Source: a virus
Taxonomy: Duplodnaviria; Caudoviricetes
Length of the DNA: 64,000 bases
Strand: one strand, 5' to 3'
Virus record (IMG/VR): IMGVR_UViG_3300032281_000616
Location: 128,001-192,000 of that record
Translations under genes and position numbers: made by a program
Notes under the pieces: model-generated
Seen by the model: the letters and a program-made list of their open reading frames with translations, nothing else
Databases searched by the model: none
What the model was told of the DNA's origin: nothing
Shown here: positions 9,438-20,351 of the stretch, piece by piece
How the letters are laid out: the number at the start of each line of letters is the position of its first letter
Numbering within the stretch: the first letter of the stretch is position 1

Positions 9438-9605
9438 TTATCGTTTCTTGAAGTCCGAAAAACCAATCATAAGACTCCAAAAGTGAATCCACTTCTTAAT
9501 CTTAGCAATTCTGGTCTTATTCAATACTCTCACAGTCTTATTTACTGGAGTCAAAGTATCATAGTACCTACCAGAGATCTTATCTGTATAGTTGATGGGT
9601 TTCAT
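9438..9605 (-). CDS. small basic hypothetical protein (55 aa)
   Basis: MKPINYTDKISGRYYDTL...DFKKR; bounded by motifs at 9624 and 9431. Confidence 0.6.
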   Translation of the reverse strand: MKPINYTDKISGRYYDTLTPVNKTVRVLNKTRIAKIKKWIHFWSLMIGFSDFKKR

Positions 9606-9945
9606 GGTAAACTAATTCTACCCTAGTGTTTTATAAACAATTTTAGCGGAAGAAATCATGATAATTTTCCGCTTGCGTTCTTTAGGATATGTTTTTTTAT
9701 CAGTATGGTTGAAAGACCCGAGATTGTTGAAAAGGCATCGAACCTTTATTAGTATCATTTCATTTATCTAGTTTGTTACAGTAACTTTCTGCTTGGGAAT
9801 GTTATAGCAGTCTCCCTTCTCTATCTTATCAGGAATCATTATCATGGAGGCAGTTCAGTGAACCTTATCCCCGCTTATAGTAAGAGGATCTTTTAAGACA
9901 ATATTATTTAGTCTGGTGATCGTATTTTTATATATAAGAAAGTGT

Positions 9946-9989
9946 GTCCCCCTCCCGTTCCATCACCACATATTCATCGGGAGGGGGAC
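9946..9989. repeat. 12-bp perfect inverted repeat with 20-nt loop
   Basis: GTCCCCCTCCCG/CGGGAGGGGGAC in a non-coding stretch. Confidence 0.8.
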
Positions 9990-10295
9990 TGTTTACCACC
10001 ACAGTAAATGTTTTATTAGATCATGGCAAGTTTGTCAGATCAATAAAGTTATTAAATTGATAAAGTTATCATGACAAACTCCTATAGAGATTGTATAACT
10101 CTTCTCGATGCCATTCATCGATATACAATTCTCTATCCAATCTTATCCTCAACCATTCTTTCAGTCGCATGTCCTTAGTCTACGCTAGTGTTCTATTGAT
10201 ATATTCCAGTGCAAGTTTTCTACCACACTTTGATCAATCTGTCAAATCAACTTTTTTATTAGATTGATTTAATTGTCAGATCAAAGTAATAATAG

Positions 10296-10523
10296 TTATG
10301 ATTCAAAGGTATCTACGATCATATTGTAGAACTTACAGGCGAATTCCTCATCAGATTTGATACCCGGAAGATTACATATCTTCCATGATTTTTCCTCGAT
10401 AAGATTTTCTATAGTAACAGAACTAGTATTACCTACAATCAAACCGAGATACTTCAGTTCATTCTCAGTAAGTTCAAGGGTAAAAATACGCTCAGATGGA
10501 GGAGTAATATTAGTAATTTTCAT
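10296..10523 (-). CDS. hypothetical protein
   Basis: ORF with promoter motif at exact spacing. Confidence 0.75.
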   Translation of the reverse strand: MKITNITPPSERIFTLELTENELKYLGLIVGNTSSVTIENLIEEKSWKICNLPGIKSDEEFACKFYNMIVDTFES

Positions 10524-10544
10524 AGTGTTATTCTAGGTTAGTGT

Positions 10545-10847
10545 TTATTGCTTAGAACCCCATGCCAAGAGTTCCTGATAGGTTTCAAACTCGTAAATCT
10601 TAACATTACCTTCATCATTGAGCATCTTCATACATTCTTGAAGAGTCTCAGTTCCTTCAGAATACCAGTTATTACCCTCAGTCATAGAGAAAAAGAATTT
10701 GGGTTTGAATGATAGTTTACCCATATCATCAGATGCAATATATCCCGGATAGTTATCAGATGAAATGAATCCATAATACTTCATGGAATTCACCTCTTTA
10801 ATATCTACAACGGACTTACTTTGCTCCTCAAAAATTACAGTCTTCAT
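10545..10847 (-). CDS. hypothetical protein, paralog of 10968..11261
   Basis: Shared EVNS.K.YGF...GFI...EGN.W...VYEF.T..EL..W pattern. Confidence 0.8.
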   Translation of the reverse strand: MKTVIFEEQSKSVVDIKEVNSMKYYGFISSDNYPGYIASDDMGKLSFKPKFFFSMTEGNNWYSEGTETLQECMKMLNDEGNVKIYEFETYQELLAWGSKQ

Positions 10848-10884
10848 ATACGTTTATTCTATTCTAGTGTTCTATAAGAAAAAG

Positions 10885-10946
10885 AAACCCTCTCTGAGTC
10901 ATGATGAAAAACAAACGGCATTTGTTAATATACTCAGAGAGGGTTT
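10885..10946 (-). terminator. 15-bp stem with 32-nt loop followed by a T-rich tail
   Basis: AAACCCTCTCTGAGT/ACTCAGAGAGGGTTT; TTTCTTTTTCTT on minus strand. Confidence 0.65.
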
Positions 10947-10967
10947 TACACCACCATGATGCAAACT

Positions 10968-11261
10968 TTATTCAGCCAACCAAGTAAACAATTCTTTAGA
11001 AGTATCGAATTGATATACTGTGAAGTTTTTATTCAAAAGATTTTCGATTGTACCTTGAAGATTACTTCGTGAATGTGAAGGCCATGAATTTCCTTCAGTC
11101 AATTCTGTAATGGCTTTCATTTGATAATTTCCACCACCATAACTCACTCTTGAAATAAATCCTTTTGAATTTGTATGATTCTGAACAAACCCATAAAATT
11201 TATACGAATTCACTTCTGATACATTTACTGTATCCCGACTTGTATTGATCACTTCTTTCAT
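10968..11261 (-). CDS. hypothetical protein, paralog of 10545..10847
   Basis: See paralog. Confidence 0.8.
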   Translation of the reverse strand: MKEVINTSRDTVNVSEVNSYKFYGFVQNHTNSKGFISRVSYGGGNYQMKAITELTEGNSWPSHSRSNLQGTIENLLNKNFTVYQFDTSKELFTWLAE

Positions 11262-11300
11262 ATATTCTTGTATTCTTTGAATTTCTTTGTTTCGTTGGAT

Positions 11301-11888
11301 TTAGATATTCTCAGCCAACTTAATGAGTTCTTTTACCGTATCCAGAGGAATAGTTTGGCATCCTACCACAACCTTATCCTCATAAACCTTGGCTGTATAC
11401 TCATCGGAGATCTTCAGTTCCTTATATTCTCCGAGTGGGGTGACACTCTCGAATGGTACACATACACCACTATCAGTACAAACTACACAGAACTCATGGG
11501 TTTTAAGATAATCATGAACTAAATCAGATTTATTGCTTGTTGATTCCTTGGATACCAAAACAACATTCTTAACCTTTATATGGGCAAATGAACCATTAAC
11601 ATAGGATACCTTTTTACCAATAAGTTTGGTGGCTGCTTTGAATTGTTTCATATAGTCTGGTTCAGAACTTACCAGTTCAAACTTATCATCATCCCACCAA
11701 GAACGATCATTACCCTTAGAATCGACAATATGGATGTCTCTTCCATTACTACCGATTTCATTGATTGTATATGTTTCACTTACATCATAATCGAATGATC
11801 CATAATGCTTAGGGAGTAGTTTTACTTTGTATCCGATTTTCAAGCCTGCTGGTGTTGTTGTTTTTTCTTTCATTGTGATGATATTCAT
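11301..11888 (-). CDS. hypothetical protein, paralog of 11893..12420
   Basis: Shared C-terminal Y.A.V..D...VGCQ.IP...V.E. Confidence 0.8.
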   Translation of the reverse strand: MNIITMKEKTTTPAGLKIGYKVKLLPKHYGSFDYDVSETYTINEIGSNGRDIHIVDSKGNDRSWWDDDKFELVSSEPDYMKQFKAATKLIGKKVSYVNGSFAHIKVKNVVLVSKESTSNKSDLVHDYLKTHEFCVVCTDSGVCVPFESVTPLGEYKELKISDEYTAKVYEDKVVVGCQTIPLDTVKELIKLAENI

Positions 11889-11892
11889 AGTT

Positions 11893-12420
11893 TTATGACA
11901 ATTTCTTATGTAATTCTACAATTTCTTCTACCTTGGACCAAGGGATGAATTGGCATCCTACTTTAATGAAATCTTTCTCCACAATAGCTTCATAATCTCC
12001 CACATCCTTAACAATGTTTGATACAATAGTTAGTTGGTTTACTGGGATGACTAAATCATTGGTCATTCTGAGGGCTACAGAAAAGCCATTCCTTTTAATA
12101 TCATCAGTGACTAAAGCGGATGATCTATTAGTAGGTTTGGTAAAGATTTCGATACTTTCTGGAGTGTATGTATCAATAAACATAGTAACAATCTTACCAG
12201 ATTGAAGAATGTCATAAGCCTTATTTACTAATTCTTTCATAGTTTCGGGCTTATCAACAACTTCAAATCTAACAGTGAAGAATGATTCATCGGTTCCTTC
12301 TACAAAAAGAAGTTCATCGTCTTCATCATCATAACGATCAAATGTATAAATTTTATCAGCAACCAATGCGAAGTTGGGGTTGATACAACGAATCTTATCA
12401 CCTTTCTTTATATTTTTCAT
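11893..12420 (-). CDS. hypothetical protein, paralog of 11301..11888
   Basis: See paralog; N-terminal IKKGDKIRCI (SH3-like). Confidence 0.8.
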   Translation of the reverse strand: MKNIKKGDKIRCINPNFALVADKIYTFDRYDDEDDELLFVEGTDESFFTVRFEVVDKPETMKELVNKAYDILQSGKIVTMFIDTYTPESIEIFTKPTNRSSALVTDDIKRNGFSVALRMTNDLVIPVNQLTIVSNIVKDVGDYEAIVEKDFIKVGCQFIPWSKVEEIVELHKKLS

Positions 12421-12427
12421 ATGTTGA

Positions 12428-12619
12428 TTAGTATGAGAAGTTTTGTGAGAGGGAAGTAGTCACTCCATTAGTCTTAAAGATAGGAGTTGATCTTGAGCTA
12501 AGGGAACGCTTGATAGAAATGGCACCTTTCTTAGGCTTAGAATATACCATTTGAACCCATGATGTACGAAGCATCTTTTGTGGGGCGCGGAAGTCTGATT
12601 TGTTATTGTTGCTGGACAT
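12428..12619 (-). CDS. small basic hypothetical protein
   Basis: Promoter motif at exact spacing. Confidence 0.65.
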   Translation of the reverse strand: MSSNNNKSDFRAPQKMLRTSWVQMVYSKPKKGAISIKRSLSSRSTPIFKTNGVTTSLSQNFSY

Positions 12620-12647
12620 GCTCTGATTCTAGGTTAGTGTTTGATTA

Positions 12648-12974
12648 TTAAAGATTTGCATCGAATCCATCGCATCCGATAACATTACCCTTATCATCTC
12701 TGATAAGATTACCGGGAGACAATAGATCTTTTCTTGCTGGTGCTGCCATCTTTACCAAGGTTGATACGATATAATAAGTATCATCGACTTGATCCGGTAG
12801 ATCCATGACATCTCCCACTGTATTCTTATAGATAGGAATATTCATGATACTGCAAAGTTCGTGTCTTTGCATATTAACTCTTGGAACCGGATAAGACTTA
12901 TCAGGATCAATCGACATCTTGAAATCTTTTGAGATGATATTGATCGTGTGAGGTGTAAGATTGATGAACTTCAT
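12648..12974 (-). CDS. conserved hypothetical protein (INLTPH family)
   Basis: MKFINLTPH...YYIVS...RKDLLSPG...RD..G.VIGC; start set by the promoter motif. Confidence 0.75.
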   Translation of the reverse strand: MKFINLTPHTINIISKDFKMSIDPDKSYPVPRVNMQRHELCSIMNIPIYKNTVGDVMDLPDQVDDTYYIVSTLVKMAAPARKDLLSPGNLIRDDKGNVIGCDGFDANL

Positions 12975-12999
12975 GTCAGTATTCTGCTTTAGTGTTTCA

Positions 13000-13302
13000 T
13001 CAGAGGATTTTCTTGAGAGCACTGAGGAATCTCTTTCCTGAATTACCAGATTTATTCATAATAAATAAACCAGAATTTAGGGCTGCGATTGCACCAATTC
13101 CGCCACAATCAGTTCCCCAGATACTTCCACCCTTCAAAGGAACCATTGAAAGCAAGTGATAGTATTCCCCATCACACTCCACTAACTTATCCATATCGTT
13201 TGGAGTAAATGACTTATGAATAGATATCACCCTATCATTCTTGATATTGATATTCCATCCATACTTTTCACATTCTGATTTGAAGTCTTGTGGGGTGATC
13301 AT
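13000..13302 (-). CDS. hypothetical protein
   Basis: Promoter motif at exact spacing. Confidence 0.75.
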   Translation of the reverse strand: MITPQDFKSECEKYGWNINIKNDRVISIHKSFTPNDMDKLVECDGEYYHLLSMVPLKGGSIWGTDCGGIGAIAALNSGLFIMNKSGNSGKRFLSALKKIL

Positions 13303-13350
13303 GTTTATATCTTAGGCTAGTGTTTCATGAATACTTAACTCTATTTTTCA

Positions 13351-13509
13351 TTATTCTTGAGAGAATTTATCAATCATCCTACGATACTTTTTCTTTTCCC
13401 TACGCATCGTGCGCTTTTTGGTAGCATTACTACCAACATCGAAACAATCATCGTAATCTTTTTTCCCAGAGTGAATATGAGAACGACTATAATAATTTCG
13501 AACTTGCAT
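13351..13509 (-). CDS. small basic protein (52 aa), not in ORF track
   Basis: MQVRNYYSRSHIHSGKK...RREKKKYRRMIDKFSQE; ATG 6 nt after TAGAAT. Confidence 0.6.
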   Translation of the reverse strand: MQVRNYYSRSHIHSGKKDYDDCFDVGSNATKKRTMRREKKKYRRMIDKFSQE

Positions 13510-13585
13510 GTCAGTATTCTACTTTAGTGTTTCATCTATCCCAACTCAGGGTAGTTTAATGAGATACCCTAGCTCATTGTTTTGA

Positions 13586-15115
13586 TTATTCTTCCCGATT
13601 GCGGCGTGATGGAGCATCTGTAAGATGAATAAGACTTTCCATCGCACGAGTCGCTGCAACATAACGAAGATGTTTTTCTTGCTGTTGCATCCATGGAAGA
13701 ACTGCGTATTTGGATGGAGAAAATTGCGCATCACCCAACCAGTAAACAGTTTTCCATTCAAGACCCTTAGCCTTATGAATAGAACTGAAGGTCACGATAT
13801 TCGGAAGATTCCCATCCTTAGAATCAGTGAACATATCAGCGATAAGTTTCTCCAGAGAATAAAGATCATCCTTTCCGAGAGATTGGACACGTTCAATCAG
13901 AATGATCATGGTATCCAACTTATCTTCCAATTGTTGCATCTTAGCATAAGAAGCTTTCTCGAACTCCTTATTGAAGAATTCATTAAGTTTGATGATGAAG
14001 TCGGAGAGAGTCTTAACCTTTTTCCACTTATTCACCAGTTTGATAAGATCCTTACCAATATCTTTTCCTTCGATACGGCAACCGATACCTTGACGAATAA
14101 GAGCGAAAGCAAGGGCAACATTAGGAGCATTGTTTCGGCAAAGAATCCCAACATTACGATCAAGCTTGATATTCATAGCTTGATCGACAAACTCTTGATA
14201 CTTCATAGAAGTGACAGAACCCTCACAGTTTCCTTCATAGGCCATGATATCAGGAAAGAACTCTTGAGCAGTCTTAATGATATTCTTTCCACAGCGGTAG
14301 CAGATGGAAAGTGGAAGCTCTTCACATTCAAAACGCTCACGAATGAGATTCATTGAATCATTCTCAGCACCAGTGAATCCCATAATTGCTTGTCCTTCAT
14401 CACCAATAAAGATACAACGACCATCTGGTTTGACAAGTTTAGCAGCAAGAAGTTTACGACAAACATTTGTATCTTGAGCTTCATCAACGACAACCCAATC
14501 ATATTGTTGACCCTTGATATCATAGATCAGGGGAAGATACTGCATATCATCAAAATCAATTGAACGAAAATCAAGATTGGAGTCCCTAAGAACTTGCTTG
14601 GCAATTTCAATAACTTCACCAAGATCAGCATCAAAGTCTGTATCGATATCATGATGAGTGATGATTTCCATCCATGCTTGAGTATCATCGATAGAAGTTT
14701 GACCCTTAACACCAAACGCATTTTGTTTAGCGAAACCTACAAGTTTAGTAATAAAGTTGCGAGTATATTGAAGATCTTGACGTTGGCAATACTTTTCAGT
14801 GATCCAATAAACTTTACCATTCTTTGGAACATTATGCCAACCTTTAGCTTTATAGAGCATACCCTTACCCGTTGCATGAAATGTTCCAGAAATAGCATTA
14901 GGAACGCCCATACGAGAAAGTTTCTCTTTAAGTTGCCATGCAGCTTTAGCACCAAAAGCCAACATGATAACATCACCTTTCATGAATTGTGCGCAATGCG
15001 TCACAAGAAAAGTTTTACCGGAACCAGCACGGGCTGGAATGATAAGGTTTCTCTTATTAGGGTTAGGATTACGAACCCAAGATTCGACATCAAGTTGTTG
15101 TTGAGATAGTTGCAT
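13586..15115 (-). CDS. UvrD/Rep-like superfamily 1 DNA helicase
   Basis: ARAGSGKT, VVDEAQD, IGDEGQAIMGFTGA, CYRC, SIHKAKGLEW, YVAATRA. Confidence 0.92.
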   Translation of the reverse strand: MQLSQQQLDVESWVRNPNPNKRNLIIPARAGSGKTFLVTHCAQFMKGDVIMLAFGAKAAWQLKEKLSRMGVPNAISGTFHATGKGMLYKAKGWHNVPKNGKVYWITEKYCQRQDLQYTRNFITKLVGFAKQNAFGVKGQTSIDDTQAWMEIITHHDIDTDFDADLGEVIEIAKQVLRDSNLDFRSIDFDDMQYLPLIYDIKGQQYDWVVVDEAQDTNVCRKLLAAKLVKPDGRCIFIGDEGQAIMGFTGAENDSMNLIRERFECEELPLSICYRCGKNIIKTAQEFFPDIMAYEGNCEGSVTSMKYQEFVDQAMNIKLDRNVGILCRNNAPNVALAFALIRQGIGCRIEGKDIGKDLIKLVNKWKKVKTLSDFIIKLNEFFNKEFEKASYAKMQQLEDKLDTMIILIERVQSLGKDDLYSLEKLIADMFTDSKDGNLPNIVTFSSIHKAKGLEWKTVYWLGDAQFSPSKYAVLPWMQQQEKHLRYVAATRAMESLIHLTDAPSRRNREE

Positions 15116-15164
15116 AAGTGGTGGTTTCTCGTTACGTCCCTATTCTAGGCTAGTGTTTCATCAA

Positions 15165-15365
15165 TTAACCTTCAGTGTCAAACATCTGAACAGTGAAACC
15201 TTCCCCTTCAAAAATTCTATTCTCATAATGAAGATCAAGAGGAATGATTCCATATTCTTCCAACACTTCACCAAATTTATCCTCTTGATCCGAAATAGAA
15301 TCAAGATAATGTAGTTCAGATACCTTATTATTTTCAGTGATAATTACTAGATAGTGTGTAAACAT
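15165..15365 (-). CDS. hypothetical protein
   Basis: Promoter motif at exact spacing. Confidence 0.7.
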   Translation of the reverse strand: MFTHYLVIITENNKVSELHYLDSISDQEDKFGEVLEEYGIIPLDLHYENRIFEGEGFTVQMFDTEG

Positions 15366-15390
15366 GTTAGTATTCTAGGCTAGTGTTTCA

Positions 15391-15666
15391 TCAGTCAACT
15401 ACGGACCAAATTACATCAGTGACAATTTTTCTCTTCTTCATCGGTAGATTCTTCACATTTTCAATGATTTTTTCACAATCATCGTAAGGAATACCGCGCA
15501 AAGCTAGATTGTTTGCTGTGATGGTTCTATTAAAAGTCTTAATCCATTGAGTTTTTTCATTATTCTTAGCAATTAGATAGAATCGTTTATCGTTAGATCT
15601 TTCTTCAGTGTCGGTGTAATAATCCCAAACCAATTCAACATGATAAGTATCTGGTGAGTTGTGCAT
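15391..15666 (-). CDS. hypothetical protein
   Basis: Promoter motif at exact spacing. Confidence 0.7.
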   Translation of the reverse strand: MHNSPDTYHVELVWDYYTDTEERSNDKRFYLIAKNNEKTQWIKTFNRTITANNLALRGIPYDDCEKIIENVKNLPMKKRKIVTDVIWSVVD

Positions 15667-15688
15667 GACCTAATCTTAATCTAGTGTT

Positions 15689-15871
15689 TCATACTGTAAT
15701 ATCCAACTTAGACTTCTTACGATTCATGATGACTTGAAACCATTCATCCAGTTGATCTTTACCAGATTTTCCACCATAACCCTGAAGTTGATTTTGTCGA
15801 ATACTCATCCCCATATTGAGAGCTTTATCAACTAGAAATTTTACTTCTTGTTCTGTGTATGTATTTTCCAT
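15689..15871 (-). CDS. hypothetical protein
   Basis: ORF ending at the next motif. Confidence 0.65.
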   Translation of the reverse strand: MENTYTEQEVKFLVDKALNMGMSIRQNQLQGYGGKSGKDQLDEWFQVIMNRKKSKLDITV

Positions 15872-15893
15872 TGTGGTGATTTATTATTTTGAA

Positions 15894-16006
15894 ATCAAGT
15901 GATAGGACTCGAACCTATAATAATGCCGGTTGTGACGATGCGCTCGGGACAGTGCTATTTTACGCTTATCCTATTACTCACTTACCAGTGTGTCTGCCAC
16001 ACTTAA
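15894..16006 (-). ncRNA. tRNA-like RNA with expanded central region
   Basis: TTAAGTG/CACTTGA acceptor and perfect ATAGG-TTCGAGT-CCTAT T-arm; no canonical anticodon arm. Confidence 0.4.
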
Positions 16007-16080
16007 AATTATCAGAAAATTTGATAGTAACGCTACACCATCATATTCGGGGGTGGATACAGCCAGATTCTTAGACTTAT

Positions 16081-16350
16081 TCACTTCATAGGGACAAGAA
16101 GAGTAATCATTTGCTCATCCCCATCTTCATCCTTAACATAGAGATTGGTTCCATCGAATGCGATATCTCCACAATCCTTCATAAAGACCAGACTGAATGA
16201 ATTATTATCGTCTTCCCAATCAAATTCCAACCACCAATCTTCATCATTAGAATCTTCCCATGATGGATAAACCAGAACATTATCATCGATAACGCAGGCA
16301 GAACAATCTTGAATAAGTTTAAGTGCTTCGGCTTGTGTGATGTTTATCAT
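16081..16350 (-). CDS. acidic hypothetical protein
   Basis: ORF behind the motif at 16369. Confidence 0.7.
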   Translation of the reverse strand: MINITQAEALKLIQDCSACVIDDNVLVYPSWEDSNDEDWWLEFDWEDDNNSFSLVFMKDCGDIAFDGTNLYVKDEDGDEQMITLLVPMK

Positions 16351-16375
16351 AACGTCCTCAGTTTAGGATAGTGTT

Positions 16376-19300
16376 TCAACGATACAAGTAGCGATCAGTA
16401 TCATCAGGAAAATCCGAAATGACACAATTATAAAGTTGTTCATCTAAGAAAACATCCATAATAAGTTCGATCTTATTATTAGACAAATGAGGTTCTTCCA
16501 ACTTTGTCTTGATATATTCAAGAGCATTTTCTCTTGTAAATCTTAGTGTTGAGTGTGCGCCCATATTATTGTGTTCTTGTTTTACCTTTGGTAATCTTCG
16601 GACCACCTTCATTGTATCCGGTCCAAGCATTCTGAGATTTATGAACCTTTAGTTCTTCATCGGGTAATGCTTCCCTGATTTCAAACCATTTATATTGTTT
16701 AAGATTAGATTTTTTCAAAGCATTCATATAGTTTTCACACTTATGCTTTGCATTCGTTTCCAACCTGACCATCTTTTTCTTGGATTTACCAGCAAGTAAT
16801 GTATAAAGTTTCATCTTTCGTATTGAGGAAATTGTTCTTTGAATGCTTTATAATGTGTCCAATAACCTGATCCTTTTGATGGTGGAAGTTCTTTTCCAAT
16901 ATCAAAAGTTATTGCATAGAAGGTTTCATCTTTGAATAAATCAGATGGACAAGTCCAAACTTGGCGCATGATTCCATTCACTTCCATATTACAATCAAAT
17001 TCCCAATGTTTCATATTAGTCTTGTTTGTAATATCTCCTAGCATTAACTTTCTTATTAAATCCTCTCCATCCTCCACCAACTCTTACAAAGTATTTGTAA
17101 TCAGGATAATCTTTAGGATGATCAAGAGACATAATACCATTCTCGGTGGAATGATCGAAATCACGAAGTTTCCAATCTTCTACAAAGAAACCAGAATCAT
17201 TAGGATCAATTTGATAGTCTCGAAGCATGAGAGTATTATGGTTTAGTGTTCAATAACACCGATCAGGATGCCATCCGCGAGGATAACGCTCGATGAGTTT
17301 AATTTCATCAATCAAATAACCGTCTTCTTCTGTATATCTAAACTTAACAACCCCATCAACTTCAACCCTAGCTTCGACAGGAAAATCCTTTCGATCACAT
17401 CCAAAACCTTCATGGATTAAACTTTGATAGACACATTTAGCCGCATACTCAGAATGGTGAGTATCTTCTGATTTATTTTCAGATGATTCACTCCAACCTA
17501 ATCGAATTTCTCTTGGCCATACTAGAATGCTTTTGATCATGTTACTATTGTGGTTTAGTGTTTAATACTTTCCAACTTGCCACATAAGAACATCAAATCC
17601 TGCTAATTGATATTTCAAACGCTTCTTATTAGCTTTATCAATATCCTTAATAAAATGTTTCTTATGAAGCACGGGTTCACCAGTTTTCCAAGACCAAACC
17701 ATAATCTGATACTTACCAATATGTTTGTCTTTATTCATAAGATTCAATTCCTTTCACATGAGATAATTAATTCAGCTTTATGTCCTCTATATGGATCAGA
17801 TGAAAGGTAATCATGAAGTTCGGAAGAATATCCATCCCACATAATACCTATACTTTGTCGATCAATTCTATTCAAGATTTTATCTATAGCTTCTTCCACC
17901 ACACTTTCAGAAACATCTCCACAATACATAGATACTTCGATAGTTATTTTCTTACGCATATTGATTTATTTCATTGTTCAACTTTCACAAATGCAGATTC
18001 CCAATGACCAAATGCACCGAAAGAAGTATCCATAGGAGCCATCCAAGGTTGATTATGTTCAGAGATAAGAACCCAAAGAGGAAAATCTGGTAATTTTTGA
18101 AGGGTGTAAAGACAGCATACGGGTGTATCTTTTTTATAAAGGAATTGATCACCGGACTTCATCGGAGTGTATTGATTGACCGTTTGCATGTCCTAATACT
18201 ATCGTAGTGTTTCATTCATCAAGATCGCAAGCAACTTCAGCAGTTAAAGCCACCAAAAATCTCTCATCAGAATTTAATACTTTCCAATTCTTTTGAATCT
18301 CTTGAGGAACATAATTTCTCCAATCTGATCTCGAATATTGAAAGGTATCATCTGATAGATCGAAATCTTGATAAGATCTACTGAAGTTGTTTTGTAGTGT
18401 TGCTCCAAACATAATCGATATTACTCATTGCTGTCTCAATACCATCCATGGAATAACAATAGTCGATCATCATTTGATCATACTTATCGAGTTCATTGAA
18501 CTTATTCCAATACTCTTCTGTTTTAAGTTCAGCAAGTTCAAAGGATTCGTGGATGTTAATCATACGAACCTTGATCGCATTAAAGAGTGCTAAATTTCTC
18601 ATATAACTTATTTTTTAGGAACATCACGACCTTCCCAGATCTTAGTAAAGTCTCCAAAAGCTTCATCAATAAGAGGATCTACTGTATAATCACAGATAGT
18701 TTCTTCTGGTTGATTTCCGAGAACAATATGGACCCAGAGTGTTTTACCATCAGGATTCTTAACATAAAGATGAGATTCATCAGTAGCTTCGATTTCACCC
18801 ACAGCTTCTTCAGTATTATCCACAAATACTCCACCATCGCCATTATCTACAGAATGTAGAGTCAATCCTTTATTAAGTAGGCACTTAATGATATCTTCAA
18901 TAACAGGAGTCCAGTTGTTTTTCATGTCCTTAGTTTACTCTAGTGTTTCAACGATTGAATAGGTCTTCAACTTCAGGAGAACAATCGATTAGAAGAACTT
19001 TATTTTTCTCTTCATATAATTCAAATGCCCTTTTTATTACGAATTCGTCTGTTTCATAAAAAGAATCAGTATATTCAAAATATATGATTCTTTTATATTT
19101 GTTAAAGAAAGACCAGAAACCCACTCTTTCTTTATAGATGTGAAGGCTACTCTCCCAGCTAACCATTTTAGTTATCTCGTAAAAGTAAACATCATCCTTA
19201 TAGATAACCTTTTTCATGGAAATTTATACGTGTGATTAACCAAAAACCACAAGATTATGGTTATAACAGAGAAAATTTTATCTATTGTGTAAGAGGAGTC

Positions 19301-19958
19301 ATCAAATAATACACCTACACAGGTCCATCCGATAAAGAATGCAGTAATTATAAGTAGCATAGTTAAATTGTGTAAAATTTGTTATTATCAATAGGATTAC
19401 CATTAAGATAAGCCTGACCCTTACTTGTAGAAATACTTACACCGGGAATTCCATTAAGTCTTTCACGGGTGACTCTAGTATTCCAGCCAGATAGAGATAC
19501 CTCGATGACTAAAGTTTTATGATTCTTTATAGCAATCAGATTACCATGAAGAAACATTTCCATTTGATCTGGACCAAATTCCACTGAAGTATTGGACCTA
19601 TCAAATGAATGGTTGAACATAAATGCATTAACAGCATCTTCAGTAATCTTTCTCATACCCTTAGTTTATTCTAGTGTTTGATCATTACAACAGGATGAAC
19701 AAATCCTGTAAGTTTAGTTATATTATTATAGAAAGGATTCTCTTTCGACTTTCCTAATAGACTCCAACATTTACCATTTCTATAATTAAATCTCCAGTGT
19801 CTAAACATCATAGAGTCTCCATTAGACCAAGCAGGAGATTTAACCTTCAATGTCTCATCGTTGTTTTCTACAACATAAAGTTTATATGGTATCCAATCAA
19901 CTGAGATCCAGTCTCCCGGAGATAAATCTTTACTCGTCATTTTCTTCAATCTCTGCAA
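16376..19958 (-). CDS. block of about 12 small hypothetical genes (16376..16630, 16566..16814, 16811..17080, 17016..17228, 17250..17540, 17562..17747, 17744..17959, 17971..18189, 18212..18412, 18378..18602, 18608..18925, 18948..19217, 19363..19656, 19671..19958)
   Basis: Abutting minus-strand ORFs, five with the promoter motif at exact spacing; some starts uncertain. Confidence 0.65.
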
Positions 19959-20087
19959 TCAGATTATCTATTCTCTTCTTCAGATAATCCTTAAACATAT
20001 CGATCTGATCATCCGGTAGATAATTAAAATCGATAACATCATAAGCTTTCCGTAGAATATCATCTACTAATTTGATGTATTCCATAA

Positions 20088-20330
20088 TCAATGTCTGTTA
20101 ATATAATTAATAAATTTTTCGAGATGTTCATCAGCCTTTTCTTCTGTTCTACAAAATGTTTTATTCATCTTGAAAACATGAAAGGAAACAGTATCAGGAT
20201 ATAGCCTATTGATATAGGCAATAGAAGACATCCATTATTCTTCTGTTTCATCATAGTAAGGTTTAGATACTTTAAGAATATCGGATGCCCTTACATAATC
20301 ACCATCAGGAAGTTTGATCATCTTGCTCAT
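20088..20330 (-). pseudogene. 81-codon frame split by an in-frame TAA
   Basis: MSKMIKLPDG...DETEE*WMSSIAY...YINRH*; stop at 20235-20237; promoter motif at exact spacing. Confidence 0.5.
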
Positions 20331-20351
20331 ATCAGTATTATGGTTTAGTGT

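Noticed and set aside
7875-9631. Closely spaced TAGTGTTT repeats as a CRISPR array
   Set aside because: The repeat is only about 8 bp, spacing is irregular (58 to over 600 bp), the intervals are often ORFs, and no cas genes are present; it fits a promoter.
13625-15109. Long plus-strand ORFs opposite the helicase, and similar antisense ORFs elsewhere in the track
   Set aside because: Fully overlap well-supported genes and have no motifs or promoters.
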